From Candidatus Nanopelagicales bacterium (GTDB taxonomy: Bacteria; Actinomycetota; Actinomycetes; S36-B12): a stretch of 40,929 bases of DNA. The translations under genes were made by a program, and so were the position numbers. The stretch spans positions 1 through 40,929 of the forward strand of contig JBMOKH010000003.1 of assembly GCA_049315365.1 (NCBI GenBank). Reading direction: 5' to 3'. Positions 1-12,681 of this stretch are shown one piece after another. A model generated the notes under the pieces. It ran no database searches. It worked only from the letters and a program-made list of their open reading frames with translations, and was not told the DNA's origin. The stretch's first letter is position 1. Every line of letters starts with the position of its first letter.

Positions 1-45
1 CGTGCGAGGCGAAGTCGTGCGAGGCGAAGTCGTGCAAGACGAGGT
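1..45. repeat. 15-nt tandem repeat
   Basis: CGTGCGAGGCGAAGT x2 (1-30) plus degenerate CGTGCAAGACGAGGT (31-45); encodes HDFAS repeats on the minus strand. Confidence 0.9.
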
Positions 46-292
46 GGGGATCCATGTCACAGAGCGGTGCGTCGTCGATGAGTGCGCCGAAGTGAGCCTC
101 GAAATCGGCGTCGAATTCGGGGTGGAGTTCAAGGCGTTCGAGCGTGCACGAGCAAACACACGCGCATGAGCAAACACACGCGCATGAGCAAACACACGCG
201 CATGAGCAAACACACGTGCACGAGGTGGGCGCATCCGGCAGCTCGGCGATCGCGGGGCCGCCAGTGCGGAGCTGAGTGCATGATTCGAACAC
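1..292 (-). CDS. Partial ORF (runs off window start), SOS-box-overlapped, N-terminus MFESC... with a (Cys-X)13 tract; possibly a DUF222/HNH-family protein
   Basis: Hand translation from GTG at 292 gives 97 stop-free codons: MFESCTQLRTGGPAIAELPDAPTSCTCVCSCACVCSCACVCSCACVCSCTLERLELHPEFDADFEAHFGALIDDAPLCDMDPHLVLHDFASHDFASH. A -10 hexamer TATATT (305-300) lies 7 nt upstream. Absent from the ORF track because there is no stop in the window. Family assignment is inference only. Confidence 0.6.
   Translation of the reverse strand, partial: MFESCTQLRTGGPAIAELPDAPTSCTCVCSCACVCSCACVCSCACVCSCTLERLELHPEFDADFEAHFGALIDDAPLCDMDPHLVLHDFASHDFASH
150..221. repeat. 18-nt tandem repeat, 4 copies
   Basis: GAGCAAACACACGCGCAT at 150, 168 and 186, and GAGCAAACACACGTGCAC at 204; no spacers. 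Confidence 0.95.
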
Positions 293-302
293 ATGTTCGA
301 AT
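283..302. promoter_or_regulatory. LexA (SOS) box
   Basis: ATTCGAAC-ACAT-GTTCGAAT; the core TCGAAC-N4-GTTCGA (285-300) is the actinobacterial LexA consensus and overlaps the start codon and -10 of the minus-strand ORF. Confidence 0.9.
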
Positions 303-403
303 ATACCGTCCCCGGGTGAGCGGCGCAAGACTCGCTCAAGCCCTGTGAATGTGCGCATTTGCAGAACCTCTGGCACACTTGATCACGCTGCGGACCATCG
401 AAG

Positions 404-462
404 CCTCGTGACGTCTGCCTACTTCCCGATCCACCTCCAGGAACAGACCTATTCACGAGGAG
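404..462 (+). promoter_or_regulatory. ahcY 5' leader hairpin overlapping the Shine-Dalgarno sequence
   Basis: CCTCGTGA(404-411)/TCACGAGG(453-460), GTCTG(413-417)/CAGAC(444-448), TTCC(423-426)/GGAA(440-443); SD GAGGAG at 457-462; candidate extended -10 TGG-CACACT at 371-379. Confidence 0.45.
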
Positions 463-468
463 TTTTAC

Positions 469-1926
<1,458 letters not shown>

Positions 1927-1946
1927 TCCAGCCGCATGCAGATCGT

Positions 1947-1990
1947 CGAGAGGGCCGCTCCCAATTGGGGTGGCCCTCTCGCCTGTTTGA
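1947..1990 (+). terminator. Intrinsic terminator after ahcY
   Basis: CGAGAGGGCCGCTCC-CAATT-GGGGTGGCCCTCTCG stem-loop followed by a T-rich stretch. Confidence 0.8.
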
Positions 1991-2017
1991 TTGTTCGCGA
2001 GCTGATTGTTCGCGAGG
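1988..2017. repeat. 15-nt tandem duplication
   Basis: TGATTGTTCGCGAGC TGATTGTTCGCGAGG. Confidence 0.9.
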
Positions 2018-2086
2018 GCCTACAGTGCATGGAGCGCCACATCGGGGATCGACGAAGGCTGCACCGGCATGGGTAGTGAAGGCAGC

Positions 2087-2129
2087 GACTGACAGACCCG
2101 AGACTGACAGACCCCAGACTGACAGACGG
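2087..2129. repeat. 15-nt tandem repeat, ~3 copies
   Basis: GACTGACAGACCCGA GACTGACAGACCCCA GACTGACAGACGG, immediately upstream of the -10 of the CPBP gene. Confidence 0.9.
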
Positions 2130-2147
2130 TGGCGGTAGCGTCTGGGC

Positions 2148-2930
2148 ATGGAGGCAACAGAAGCCGTTGACGCGGGCGACCGCTATCCAGCCGCGGACTA
2201 TGCAGGGTGCCCGGTTACCGTCCACGAGGCCCTTTCTGAAGGCCGTCACCTGCGGCCACCGCGATGGGGTCTTGGTGATGTGTTCATCACGCTCGGGCTC
2301 ACCGTGGTCATCGCACTCGTCGCGTCCACCCTGCTCGAGGCCGCTGGGGCGTCATTGGGGGTCATCGTCATCCTCGGCGGGCTCATCGGCTGGACGAGCC
2401 TTGCCGGCTGGCCGATCCTCATCACCAAGCTCAGGGGTAACGGGCCCCGCATTGACCTCGGACTGAGGCTGACGTGGCATGAACTCGGCTGGGGTGTGGT
2501 GACAGGCGTCATCGCACTCGTGCTGGCAGCGGTCGTGACCCTCATCAGCACTGCCATCTTCGGCGAATTCGACTCCGCTGCGGGTGAGGTGGCCCGCGAG
2601 ATTCTGGCGGAGGACAACCGTCTCACTCTGATTGGCTTTGGGCTCATGCTCATGGTTGGTGCCCCGATTGCCGAGGAACTGGCCTTCCGCGGGCTCCTGT
2701 TCGCCGGCCTGATGAAGCGAGGCATGCGTCCGTGGCTGACGGTGGTCATCACGACCTTGGCGTTCGCCCTATTCCACTTCGAGCCCGTCCGGCTCGGGGT
2801 CCTGATCGCAATTGGGCTCGTCCTTGGCATAGCCCGAGCGCGCAGTGGTTCCCTCGGAGTATCGATCGTCGCGCACGGGGTGAATAACGCCCCTGGCGCC
2901 ATTTTCGTCATGCTCGGGTTCCCAGGGTGA
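2148..2930 (+). CDS. CPBP family (CAAX/Abi) intramembrane glutamic endopeptidase
   Basis: Multiple TM segments; EELAFRG, FALFH and HGVNN motifs; TAGCGT-N6-ATG leaderless-type start. Confidence 0.92.
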   Translation: MEATEAVDAGDRYPAADYAGCPVTVHEALSEGRHLRPPRWGLGDVFITLGLTVVIALVASTLLEAAGASLGVIVILGGLIGWTSLAGWPILITKLRGNGPRIDLGLRLTWHELGWGVVTGVIALVLAAVVTLISTAIFGEFDSAAGEVAREILAEDNRLTLIGFGLMLMVGAPIAEELAFRGLLFAGLMKRGMRPWLTVVITTLAFALFHFEPVRLGVLIAIGLVLGIARARSGSLGVSIVAHGVNNAPGAIFVMLGFPG

Positions 2931-2942
2931 CACGATACGGTC

Positions 2943-3644
2943 ATGACCATCCCTGCAGGCATGGCGACACGTGGCCGGGTGCTCGTCGTCGATGACGACC
3001 TCGCACTCGCCGAGATGCTCGGAATCGTGCTGCGGGGGGAGGGTTTCGAACCGGTGTTCTGCGCTGATGGCGCGTCTGCAGTGCAGGCATTTCGTGAGAC
3101 TCAGCCCGATGTGATCCTGCTCGACCTCATGCTTCCGGGCATGGACGGTATCGACGTGTGCCGGGCAATCCGCCTGGAATCGGGTGTTCCGATCGTCATG
3201 CTCACCGCGAAGAGCGATACCGTCGATGTCGTCGTTGGACTGGAATCCGGTGCCGACGACTACATCGTGAAACCATTCAAGCCCAAGGAACTCGTCGCAA
3301 GGATCCGCGCGCGGGTCAGGCGGCATGACGACGCCTCGTCCGGGGCGCTTGCGATAGGCGACGTCGCGATCGATGTGGTGGGTCACAATGTGTCGCGGGC
3401 GGGTCGGGTCGTGGCGCTGACCCCCCTCGAGTTCGATCTGCTCGTCTGCCTGGCCAGACGTCCGGGTCAGGTCTTCACCCGGGAGATCCTCCTGCAGGAG
3501 GTGTGGGGCTACCGTCATGCAGCCGACACCAGGCTCGTCAACGTGCATGTGCAGCGACTGCGGGCGAAGATCGAGCATGACCCGGAGAGGCCCGAAATTG
3601 TGCTGACCGTTCGGGGCGTCGGCTACAAGGCCGGCCCGGCCTGA
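2943..3644 (+). CDS. mtrA: OmpR-family response regulator MtrA
   Basis: Receiver (VVDDD, LDLMLPG, KPF) plus winged HTH with VWGYRHAADTRLVNVHVQRLRAKIE; precedes mtrB-lpqB. Confidence 0.97.
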   Translation: MTIPAGMATRGRVLVVDDDLALAEMLGIVLRGEGFEPVFCADGASAVQAFRETQPDVILLDLMLPGMDGIDVCRAIRLESGVPIVMLTAKSDTVDVVVGLESGADDYIVKPFKPKELVARIRARVRRHDDASSGALAIGDVAIDVVGHNVSRAGRVVALTPLEFDLLVCLARRPGQVFTREILLQEVWGYRHAADTRLVNVHVQRLRAKIEHDPERPEIVLTVRGVGYKAGPA

Positions 3645-3658
3645 GAACTCGTCATTCG

Positions 3659-5614
3659 ATGCGTTGGATGCACCCCATGCATGCTTGGACCGAGTTGCTC
3701 GCAGGCCCGAGATGGCTGCTGCACCTGTGGCGCCGTTCACTGCTCCTGCGGGTGACATCGACGACCCTCGTGCTCTCGATGGTCGTGATGATGGTGCTCG
3801 GTTTCTCCCTGCTCTCCCGCGTTACCACCGGGCTGCTGAGCTCCAAGGACCGCATCGCGGTTGGCGAGGCGGCCGCCGGGCTGGGGGAGGCGCAACGACT
3901 GCTCGATGCGGCGGACACCGGCATTACGACCCCGTCCGCCTCCAGGCTCGTCGACTCGGTGGTGAGCGCGCTCGCCGGCCGCGCCGGCTCTCCCGGGCAG
4001 TTCGACGTACTGCTCCTCTCATCGGGTGATGCGGCCGACGCTCCGGAGCGTGGGACGAATCTCGTTGCCGTCTCGAGTGTGCCGGTTGCGCTGAGGGAGG
4101 CAGTGGTCTCGTCTCAACGGCAGTCGTGGACCTACTCGGAAATCCGTTTCCTGGACGGCCCTGGGGTGCCGGGACTGGTCGTTGGTGCCCCCCTTGTCGT
4201 GCCGACCGTGGGCCTCTACGAGCTCTACTACCTGTTCCCGCTGGCACAGGAGCAGGAGACCCTTGACCTCGTTCGCGGTGCCGTCATCCTCACGGGCGTC
4301 CTGCTCGTCGGCCTGCTGGCCTTCGTGGCATGGTTCGTGACCCGGCAGGTGGTCGCCCCGGTGCGAGCCGCGGCCCAGACGGCCAGCCGGTTCTCGGCCG
4401 GCTTTCTTTCGGAGCGGGTTCGGGTGAAGGGCGAGGACGACCTTGCGCAACTGGCCGCCTCGTTCAACGACATGGCCGCCAGCCTGCAGCGCCAGATCAA
4501 GCAGCTCGAGGGCCTGTCCCGGGTGCAGCAGCGGTTCGTGTCTGACGTCTCGCACGAGCTTCGAACGCCGCTCACGACGATTCGCATGGCCGCCGACGTG
4601 ATGTTCGAGAATCGTGCCGATTTCGATGCGCCTACTGCGCGGGCAGCGGAGTTGCTGCAGGCACAGTTGGATCGATTCGAGGCGCTCCTCGTCGATCTCC
4701 TGGAGATCTCCCGCTTCGATGCTGGCGCCGCGGTGCTCGAGGCCGAGCATGTCGACGTGCGCGAGCTTGCACGCCGGGTCGTTGAGCGCTCATTGCCCCT
4801 TGCCCACCGGCTTGGGACCGACATCCGGCTGTTGGACGATGCGGGCCTCGCTGGTGAGTGGGGATCGGCGCGAGCGGACGCCCCTGACGGCGAGGAGGAC
4901 ACGTCCGGCGTGAGTGCAGGCGCTCAGGCCGACGCGCCGGTGGAGGTATGGGGCCAGCGCTCGCCGGAATCAGGGGGATCACGTGAGGCCCTGCCCGATG
5001 ATGACCTGCGCTATGCCGTCAATGGCGACGCGCGTCGAATTGACCGCATCGTCCGCAATCTCATCGACAATGCCGTGGAGCATGGTGGTGAGCGAGGTAT
5101 CGATGTTGAGGTCGGGCAAAACGACAAGGCGGTCGCCGTGACGGTTCGGGACTTTGGCGTCGGGCTGCGTCCAGGGGAGTCGTCGCTGGTATTCAACAGG
5201 TTCTGGCGCGCTGATCCTGCGCGAGCGCGCACGACGGGCGGAACAGGTCTGGGCCTGTCGATCTCGCTCGAGGATGCCCGGCTCCACGGCGGCTGGCTCG
5301 AGGCCTGGGGCGAACCGGGGCGAGGGGCCTGCTTCCGACTTACCTTGCCGCGTCAGGTCCGAGGGCCCATCGGGGAATCGCCCCTCCTGCTGAGCGCCGC
5401 GGAGCAGGGCGCTCCCCGGGAAGCGCGGGCGGAAGCACCAGCGGCACGCGAGCTGGGCAGGCCGGGGGGTGACTTGTCCGCGAGGGGGCTTTCGCAGAAG
5501 GGTCGATGGGGACTGCCGGAGGGGACCGGCAAAGGCGGGACGCCCGACCGATTCGATCCCGGGAGCTGGTCGTCAGCCGACCCGGTGCGTGACGGCCCCG
5601 GGGAGCCAGGATGA
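3659..5614 (+). CDS. mtrB: Sensor histidine kinase MtrB
   Basis: Two TMs, HAMP, H-box FVSDVSHELRTPLTT, HATPase with RFWRADPARARTTGGTGLGL; start may be one of the next Met codons. Confidence 0.95.
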   Translation: MRWMHPMHAWTELLAGPRWLLHLWRRSLLLRVTSTTLVLSMVVMMVLGFSLLSRVTTGLLSSKDRIAVGEAAAGLGEAQRLLDAADTGITTPSASRLVDSVVSALAGRAGSPGQFDVLLLSSGDAADAPERGTNLVAVSSVPVALREAVVSSQRQSWTYSEIRFLDGPGVPGLVVGAPLVVPTVGLYELYYLFPLAQEQETLDLVRGAVILTGVLLVGLLAFVAWFVTRQVVAPVRAAAQTASRFSAGFLSERVRVKGEDDLAQLAASFNDMAASLQRQIKQLEGLSRVQQRFVSDVSHELRTPLTTIRMAADVMFENRADFDAPTARAAELLQAQLDRFEALLVDLLEISRFDAGAAVLEAEHVDVRELARRVVERSLPLAHRLGTDIRLLDDAGLAGEWGSARADAPDGEEDTSGVSAGAQADAPVEVWGQRSPESGGSREALPDDDLRYAVNGDARRIDRIVRNLIDNAVEHGGERGIDVEVGQNDKAVAVTVRDFGVGLRPGESSLVFNRFWRADPARARTTGGTGLGLSISLEDARLHGGWLEAWGEPGRGACFRLTLPRQVRGPIGESPLLLSAAEQGAPREARAEAPAARELGRPGGDLSARGLSQKGRWGLPEGTGKGGTPDRFDPGSWSSADPVRDGPGEPG

Positions 5615-7347
5615 TGCGCGGCTCACTCGTGGGCCGGCTGGGCCTTGTCGGCGCTGCGGTCCCGCTCATGCTTCTCGCCGGTTGCGGAACCATGTCCTCG
5701 TCCATCGTGGCGCAGGTTCCAACCTCGGGGCCGATTCAGCAGGGTGACCAGATTTCGACAGATCGCGAGGACCAGTTCATCCGCGTCATCGCACGGGGCC
5801 CGAGCCCCGGGATGACGCCCGCGGACATCGTTCAGGGCTTCCTTGACGCCTCAGCATCATTCGATGGCGATCATGCGGTCGCACGTCAGTACCTGACCGA
5901 TCAGGCGAATCTTCGCTGGGACCCGTCCAGCGGGGTCGCGGTGTACGAGGGCGCGGGTGCGGTGTCGGCGTTTGGCGGCAGGGCAACGCTCTCCGCAAGC
6001 GAGGCGGGCCGAATCTCGGCCATCGGTCACTACGACGTCTCAGCTCCAGGGTCGGAGCTGAGGAGTGCCTTTGACCTCGTGCGAGAGGATGACGAATGGC
6101 GGATCAGCCGGGCGCCGTCGGGACTCATCCTCTCCCTGGCTGATGTCGATCGCTCATTTCGCTCGCTGTCCGTCTACTTCTTCGATCCAACGTTCAGCAC
6201 GCTCGTTCCGGATCCTCGGATGGTCCCGGTCCTCGGCCCGGGGCAGGCCACCACACTGGTGAAATATCTCGTCGACGGGCCAAGCGAATGGCTGCTTCCG
6301 GCTGTCCGCACCGGGTTTCCCGATGGCGTTGGCCTCGGAATCGAGTCGGTGCCGATCGAGTCGGGCGTTGCGGTGGTTGACCTGACGCCGAATGCGCAGC
6401 TGGCCGGTGACAGCGCCCGCCAGGCGCTCTCGCAGCAGCTCATCTGGACACTGCGTCAGGTGCCGGATGTGGCGGCGGTGAGCATCACGAGCCTGGGCCA
6501 GCCGCTGAGTGTTCCCGGAGTCGCGTCCCCGCAACCGCGCGATTCGTGGCCGGGGGTGGATCCGGGCGGCGTGCCACCCGGATCGAGCGGCTATGTGGCC
6601 AGGTCATCGTCGGTGGCCCGGCTGTTCGCCGGAACCACGCGACCCGTGCTCGGCGGAGCGGGTGATGGTCAGGTCTCCTTCGTCGACATCGCCGTGTCGA
6701 GGGCATCGGACTTCATTGCGGGGATTGATGCCCAGGGCGGACTTTGGCGGGGACCGCTCGGGCCGGGGCGGCCATTGACCCAGCTCGTCGCCGGGGCGAG
6801 CCTGTCCAACCCGGTATTCGATCGCTCGGGGGTGCTGTGGGTGATCGATGCAGATGAGGGACTCGGCCTCGTGCGACCTGATGGTACGCGGGCGACTATC
6901 AGGGTGACGGGACTGGAGGGGCGGACGATCATCCGATCGGCGACGCCGTCGCGGGATGGGACGAGGGCTGCGCTCGTCGTCCAGAGCGGACCGCGCACCT
7001 CGCTCCTGCTCGGGCGAATCGTTCGATCCGGGCCCGGGGGCGAGATCAGCCTCGATGACCCGATCAGGGTTGAGTCGAAGCTGACCGAGGTGATCGATGT
7101 CGCGTGGTCGGGCGCCGATTCGATCGCGGTGCTCGGGAGCGTCGAGGCGGGGGCGCTGGAGGTGTTCGACATCGATCTGGCCCGGGGGTCGGTGGCGGCC
7201 CTTGGCTCCCCGGAGGCCCCGGTCTCGATTGCTGCGGCGCCGGGCCTGCCGATGCTCGTCGGAGGTGCAGACGGGCAGGTCTACGAGCTGAACGCCGGGT
7301 CTTGGCGGAGCCGTGCGAACGGGACGTCACCGGCCTATCCGAACTAG
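5611..7347 (+). CDS. lpqB: Lipoprotein LpqB (GerMN plus beta-propeller)
   Basis: Lipobox LAGC; IVQGFLDA, ARQYLT, PSRDGTRAAL; ATGA overlap with the mtrB stop; synteny. Confidence 0.93.
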   Translation: MMRGSLVGRLGLVGAAVPLMLLAGCGTMSSSIVAQVPTSGPIQQGDQISTDREDQFIRVIARGPSPGMTPADIVQGFLDASASFDGDHAVARQYLTDQANLRWDPSSGVAVYEGAGAVSAFGGRATLSASEAGRISAIGHYDVSAPGSELRSAFDLVREDDEWRISRAPSGLILSLADVDRSFRSLSVYFFDPTFSTLVPDPRMVPVLGPGQATTLVKYLVDGPSEWLLPAVRTGFPDGVGLGIESVPIESGVAVVDLTPNAQLAGDSARQALSQQLIWTLRQVPDVAAVSITSLGQPLSVPGVASPQPRDSWPGVDPGGVPPGSSGYVARSSSVARLFAGTTRPVLGGAGDGQVSFVDIAVSRASDFIAGIDAQGGLWRGPLGPGRPLTQLVAGASLSNPVFDRSGVLWVIDADEGLGLVRPDGTRATIRVTGLEGRTIIRSATPSRDGTRAALVVQSGPRTSLLLGRIVRSGPGGEISLDDPIRVESKLTEVIDVAWSGADSIAVLGSVEAGALEVFDIDLARGSVAALGSPEAPVSIAAAPGLPMLVGGADGQVYELNAGSWRSRANGTSPAYPN

Positions 7348-7356
7348 GCCCGTGCC

Positions 7357-7365
7357 TTGTCCACA
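7357..7365 (+). promoter_or_regulatory. DnaA-type box upstream of comF
   Basis: TTGTCCACA, 40 nt upstream of the -10 CATGCT (7406-7411). Confidence 0.55.
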
Positions 7366-7417
7366 GAGGTGACCGCAGCGCTGGCGGCGGCTCGCCGGAT
7401 CCCGGCATGCTCGGTCA

Positions 7418-8194
7418 ATGGCGCGGTGGGGGGCGGCGGGACGCGGAACCGCGGGGCGAGGAAAGGCCCTGGGGGTTGCGCTGCGCCATCTGTTGGAGGC
7501 CCTGTTCGCGGATGTCGCGGATCTCACGCTTTCGAGGGCCTGCGTTGCATGCGGTGCGGTTGGGTCCCTGCTCTGCTCGATGTGCGAAGTGTCGCTGATC
7601 GAGGTTCGCAGGCACGAGGTTGGGCGACGAGGACAGGCTCCGGTCGGCAGTGCGGCGAGCATGCCGCCAGTGATTGTCGCGTCGACGTATGACGGGGCGG
7701 CGCAGCGCGCCATCATCGCGCACAAGGAGCACGGGGTGCTCGGACTGACGCCTGTTCTTGGTTCAATGCTCGCCGCGTCGGTCGCGGTGCTGGGCGATGG
7801 CCCATTCGCGATGGTGGCCATCCCTCCCCATGCTGATGCCATCCGGCGCCGCGGAATCGACACCCTCGGCGCGATCGCTGATCGGGCGGCGGGCGAGCTA
7901 CGGACGGCCGGTTGGTCTGCCCACGTGATCCCGGTCCTGAGGCGGCAGGCGGACGGTGGACGCCATGTGGGCAGGTCAGCGAATGAGCGCCGCGCCGCTG
8001 TGCATGGAACATTCGCCGTCGATGAGCGCATGCTCCGGCGCATCACGCGGGGAGTGGCGCTCATCGTCGTTGATGACGTCGTCACGACCGGCGCGACCGT
8101 GCGGGAGGCCGTGCGCACGCTGCGGGCATCGGGGCTCGTGGTCGAGGGCGTTGCGGCGGTCGCCGGCACCGAGCGCCTCAACCGAGCGTCGTGA
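7418..8194 (+). CDS. comF: ComF family protein (Zn-ribbon plus phosphoribosyltransferase fold)
   Basis: CVACG...LCSMC, AHKEHG, VVDDVVTTGAT; follows lpqB as usual; CATGCT-N6-ATG. Confidence 0.9.
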   Translation: MARWGAAGRGTAGRGKALGVALRHLLEALFADVADLTLSRACVACGAVGSLLCSMCEVSLIEVRRHEVGRRGQAPVGSAASMPPVIVASTYDGAAQRAIIAHKEHGVLGLTPVLGSMLAASVAVLGDGPFAMVAIPPHADAIRRRGIDTLGAIADRAAGELRTAGWSAHVIPVLRRQADGGRHVGRSANERRAAVHGTFAVDERMLRRITRGVALIVVDDVVTTGATVREAVRTLRASGLVVEGVAAVAGTERLNRAS

Positions 8195-8975
8195 GGCCCT
8201 CGTGCACCCCCCTGATCACGGCATCGACCCGAGACGTCGCCTGGAGTTTCTCGAGGATCTTGCGCACATGGTTCTTGACGGTGTTCTCGCTGATCCCGAG
8301 CGACACGCAGATGGCTCGATTGGATTGGCCCGCTGCGAGCTGATCGAGGACCTCCCGCTCCCGCGGGGTGAGGCTCGGTCCGGTGAACGGCGAACGCCGA
8401 GCCGTGACCTCGACGAGATCCGCGGGGAGCAGGTCGCCGATCCAGCCGTTGACTCGTTCGCCTCGCTGGACGAGTCCGAGCCGCAGGACATCGCGGTGGA
8501 TCCGAAACCCGACCTTTGTCGCGACCGTGCGTGAGGGGTCATTGCCGACGCCTGCGTACCACCTGATTACCTCGAGGCGCAGGGCCATGAATGCCCACCC
8601 GCAGGCGAGGCGCAGCGCACGGGTCGCCACTTGATTGCCGCGGAGCCAAGGGGCCACGAGGTAGCCGACCTCGGCGCCGCCCATCCCGTCGAGCCGAAGG
8701 TCCACGGTGCCGCCCCACCGAGCGCCGTTGTGGGTGACAGCCCAGGTCGGGGCAGCCCACCACTGATCGCCTGCCTCGTGGGCGGAGATCCAAGCATGCG
8801 CGTCCTCGAGGGAGTACGGGGTGGGGATTGTCGTCCAGCGGACGATGTCCGGGTCTTGGCAGGCCTCGGTGATGTCGGGCGCATCGGCCGCGGTCGGGGG
8901 CCGCAGGAGGACAACGCCGTCGCTGAGGATTGGCGGGGTCAAGGCCTGCTCCGCGCCGGGCGAGGAGGTAGCCAT
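8178..8975 (-). CDS. RimJ/RimL-type GNAT acetyltransferase fused to a LuxR-type HTH
   Basis: N-terminal LRPPTAADA, AEVGYLVAPWLRGNQVATRAL, NDPSRTVATKVGF; C-terminal LTPREREVL..LAAGQSNRAI...LGISENTVKNHVRKILEKL. Confidence 0.9.
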   Translation of the reverse strand: MATSSPGAEQALTPPILSDGVVLLRPPTAADAPDITEACQDPDIVRWTTIPTPYSLEDAHAWISAHEAGDQWWAAPTWAVTHNGARWGGTVDLRLDGMGGAEVGYLVAPWLRGNQVATRALRLACGWAFMALRLEVIRWYAGVGNDPSRTVATKVGFRIHRDVLRLGLVQRGERVNGWIGDLLPADLVEVTARRSPFTGPSLTPREREVLDQLAAGQSNRAICVSLGISENTVKNHVRKILEKLQATSRVDAVIRGVHEGLTTLG

Positions 8976-9059
8976 GCGAGCAGTCTCCCAGCCCGTCTGG
9001 AAAAACCGTATGACCCCTCTACGATGGAGTGTTGCGTCGCGCGTCCGTCATGAACGGGC

Positions 9060-9119
9060 GGCGAATGCAGCGAGCCCGAATGCTACGAACCCGAATGCCC
9101 CGAACCCGAACGCCCCGAA
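9060..9119. repeat. 15-nt tandem repeat (4 copies) in the secA leader
   Basis: GGCGAATGCAGCGAG CCCGAATGCTACGAA CCCGAATGCCCCGAA CCCGAACGCCCCGAA, ending just before SD GAAAGG. Confidence 0.85.
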
Positions 9120-9136
9120 CCGAAAGGTCGCCCACT

Positions 9137-11938
<2,802 letters not shown>

Positions 11939-11961
11939 CCGGGTCGATTGACCGGGTGTTT

Positions 11962-12000
11962 CTTCGTGCGCCGCTGCCCCCCGCGCAGCGGCGCACGAAG
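11962..12000. terminator. Stem-loop between convergent secA and the Rv3235-like gene
   Basis: Perfect 16-bp stem CTTCGTGCGCCGCTGC / GCAGCGGCGCACGAAG with a 7-nt loop. Confidence 0.8.
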
Positions 12001-12002
12001 TG

Positions 12003-12542
12003 CTAGCCGAGGCTGAAGGCGGTGAGAAGCCAGCGCTCGGTGATGAACTCGAATCGCATCGCCACGGCTCGTGCGCGCTCAGTCCCAACGAGGACGGCGG
12101 ACGTCTCCACGATGCCAGGCGCGATCGGGCAAAGACGAATGGATCGCACCTGCTGGAGGGCCCGCGGCTTGCTCGCGACCGTTGCGCGCCCTCGGGTGCT
12201 CGGATGGCGCACCACCGCTGCGCCGCGGGCAGCCAGCAGCCGTAGCTGATCGCGCTCGACCCACCTCGTGAGTTGACCCGGGGGCCGCTCGCCCGCCCCA
12301 ACCTCGGCAACGGCGCGTGCCATTCGGGCGACCCACTCGACTGCCGGCAGGTCGGCTTGTGGCTCACCGGTGACGTGCGGGTCGCAGGTGCCGACGACGC
12401 GCAGGTGCCTAGGTACCTGCGGGACGGCCGGCACGCCGGGGGACACTTCCCAGGACAGTGGCAGGGGAAGTTGGCGGGCAGGTGCTGCAGCCTCGGCTGA
12501 CGCCGACGTGTAGCGAGCGGGAGCGAGCGTTGAAATGGACAC
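12003..12542 (-). CDS. Rv3235-family (DUF6459-like) protein
   Basis: AVAEVGAGERPPGQLTRWV and ETSAVL..GTERARAVAMRFE....RWLLTAF; convergent on secA as in other actinomycetes; start moved to GTG 12542 after SD GGAG. Confidence 0.85.
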   Translation of the reverse strand: MSISTLAPARYTSASAEAAAPARQLPLPLSWEVSPGVPAVPQVPRHLRVVGTCDPHVTGEPQADLPAVEWVARMARAVAEVGAGERPPGQLTRWVERDQLRLLAARGAAVVRHPSTRGRATVASKPRALQQVRSIRLCPIAPGIVETSAVLVGTERARAVAMRFEFITERWLLTAFSLG

Positions 12543-12617
12543 GGCGTTCTCCTCGGAGGACGACCGCGGTCGGGGGGGCGCGGTGACGGGTGGTTGCATT
12601 GGATGGTGAATAGGTTC

Positions 12618-12643
12618 GTTTACTTGTGTTTGCGTGCGTATGC
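12618..12643. promoter_or_regulatory. 10-bp-phased direct repeats just downstream of the Rv3235-like gene -10
   Basis: GTTTAC (12618), GTTTGC (12628), GTATGC (12638) in a locally AT-richer tract. Confidence 0.45.
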
Positions 12644-12674
12644 ATCGTATGTCCACCGATGGCTGAGCTGTCAA
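12644..12674 (-). promoter_or_regulatory. Sigma70-type promoter with 19-bp spacer
   Basis: Minus strand TTGACA (12674-12669) - 19 nt - TACGAT (12649-12644). Confidence 0.65.
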
Positions 12675-12681
12675 GGGTGGG

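Noticed and set aside
143-224. CRISPR array
   Set aside because: Units are directly adjacent with no unique spacers, and no cas genes are present.
82-348. Plus-strand 88-aa ORF with MSKHTR repeats
   Set aside because: No SD or promoter support; the opposite-strand frame has the -10, the SOS-box start and a more protein-like composition.
310-468. Canonical SAH riboswitch
   Set aside because: Conserved core of the known motif is not recognisable by eye; reported only as a candidate hairpin.
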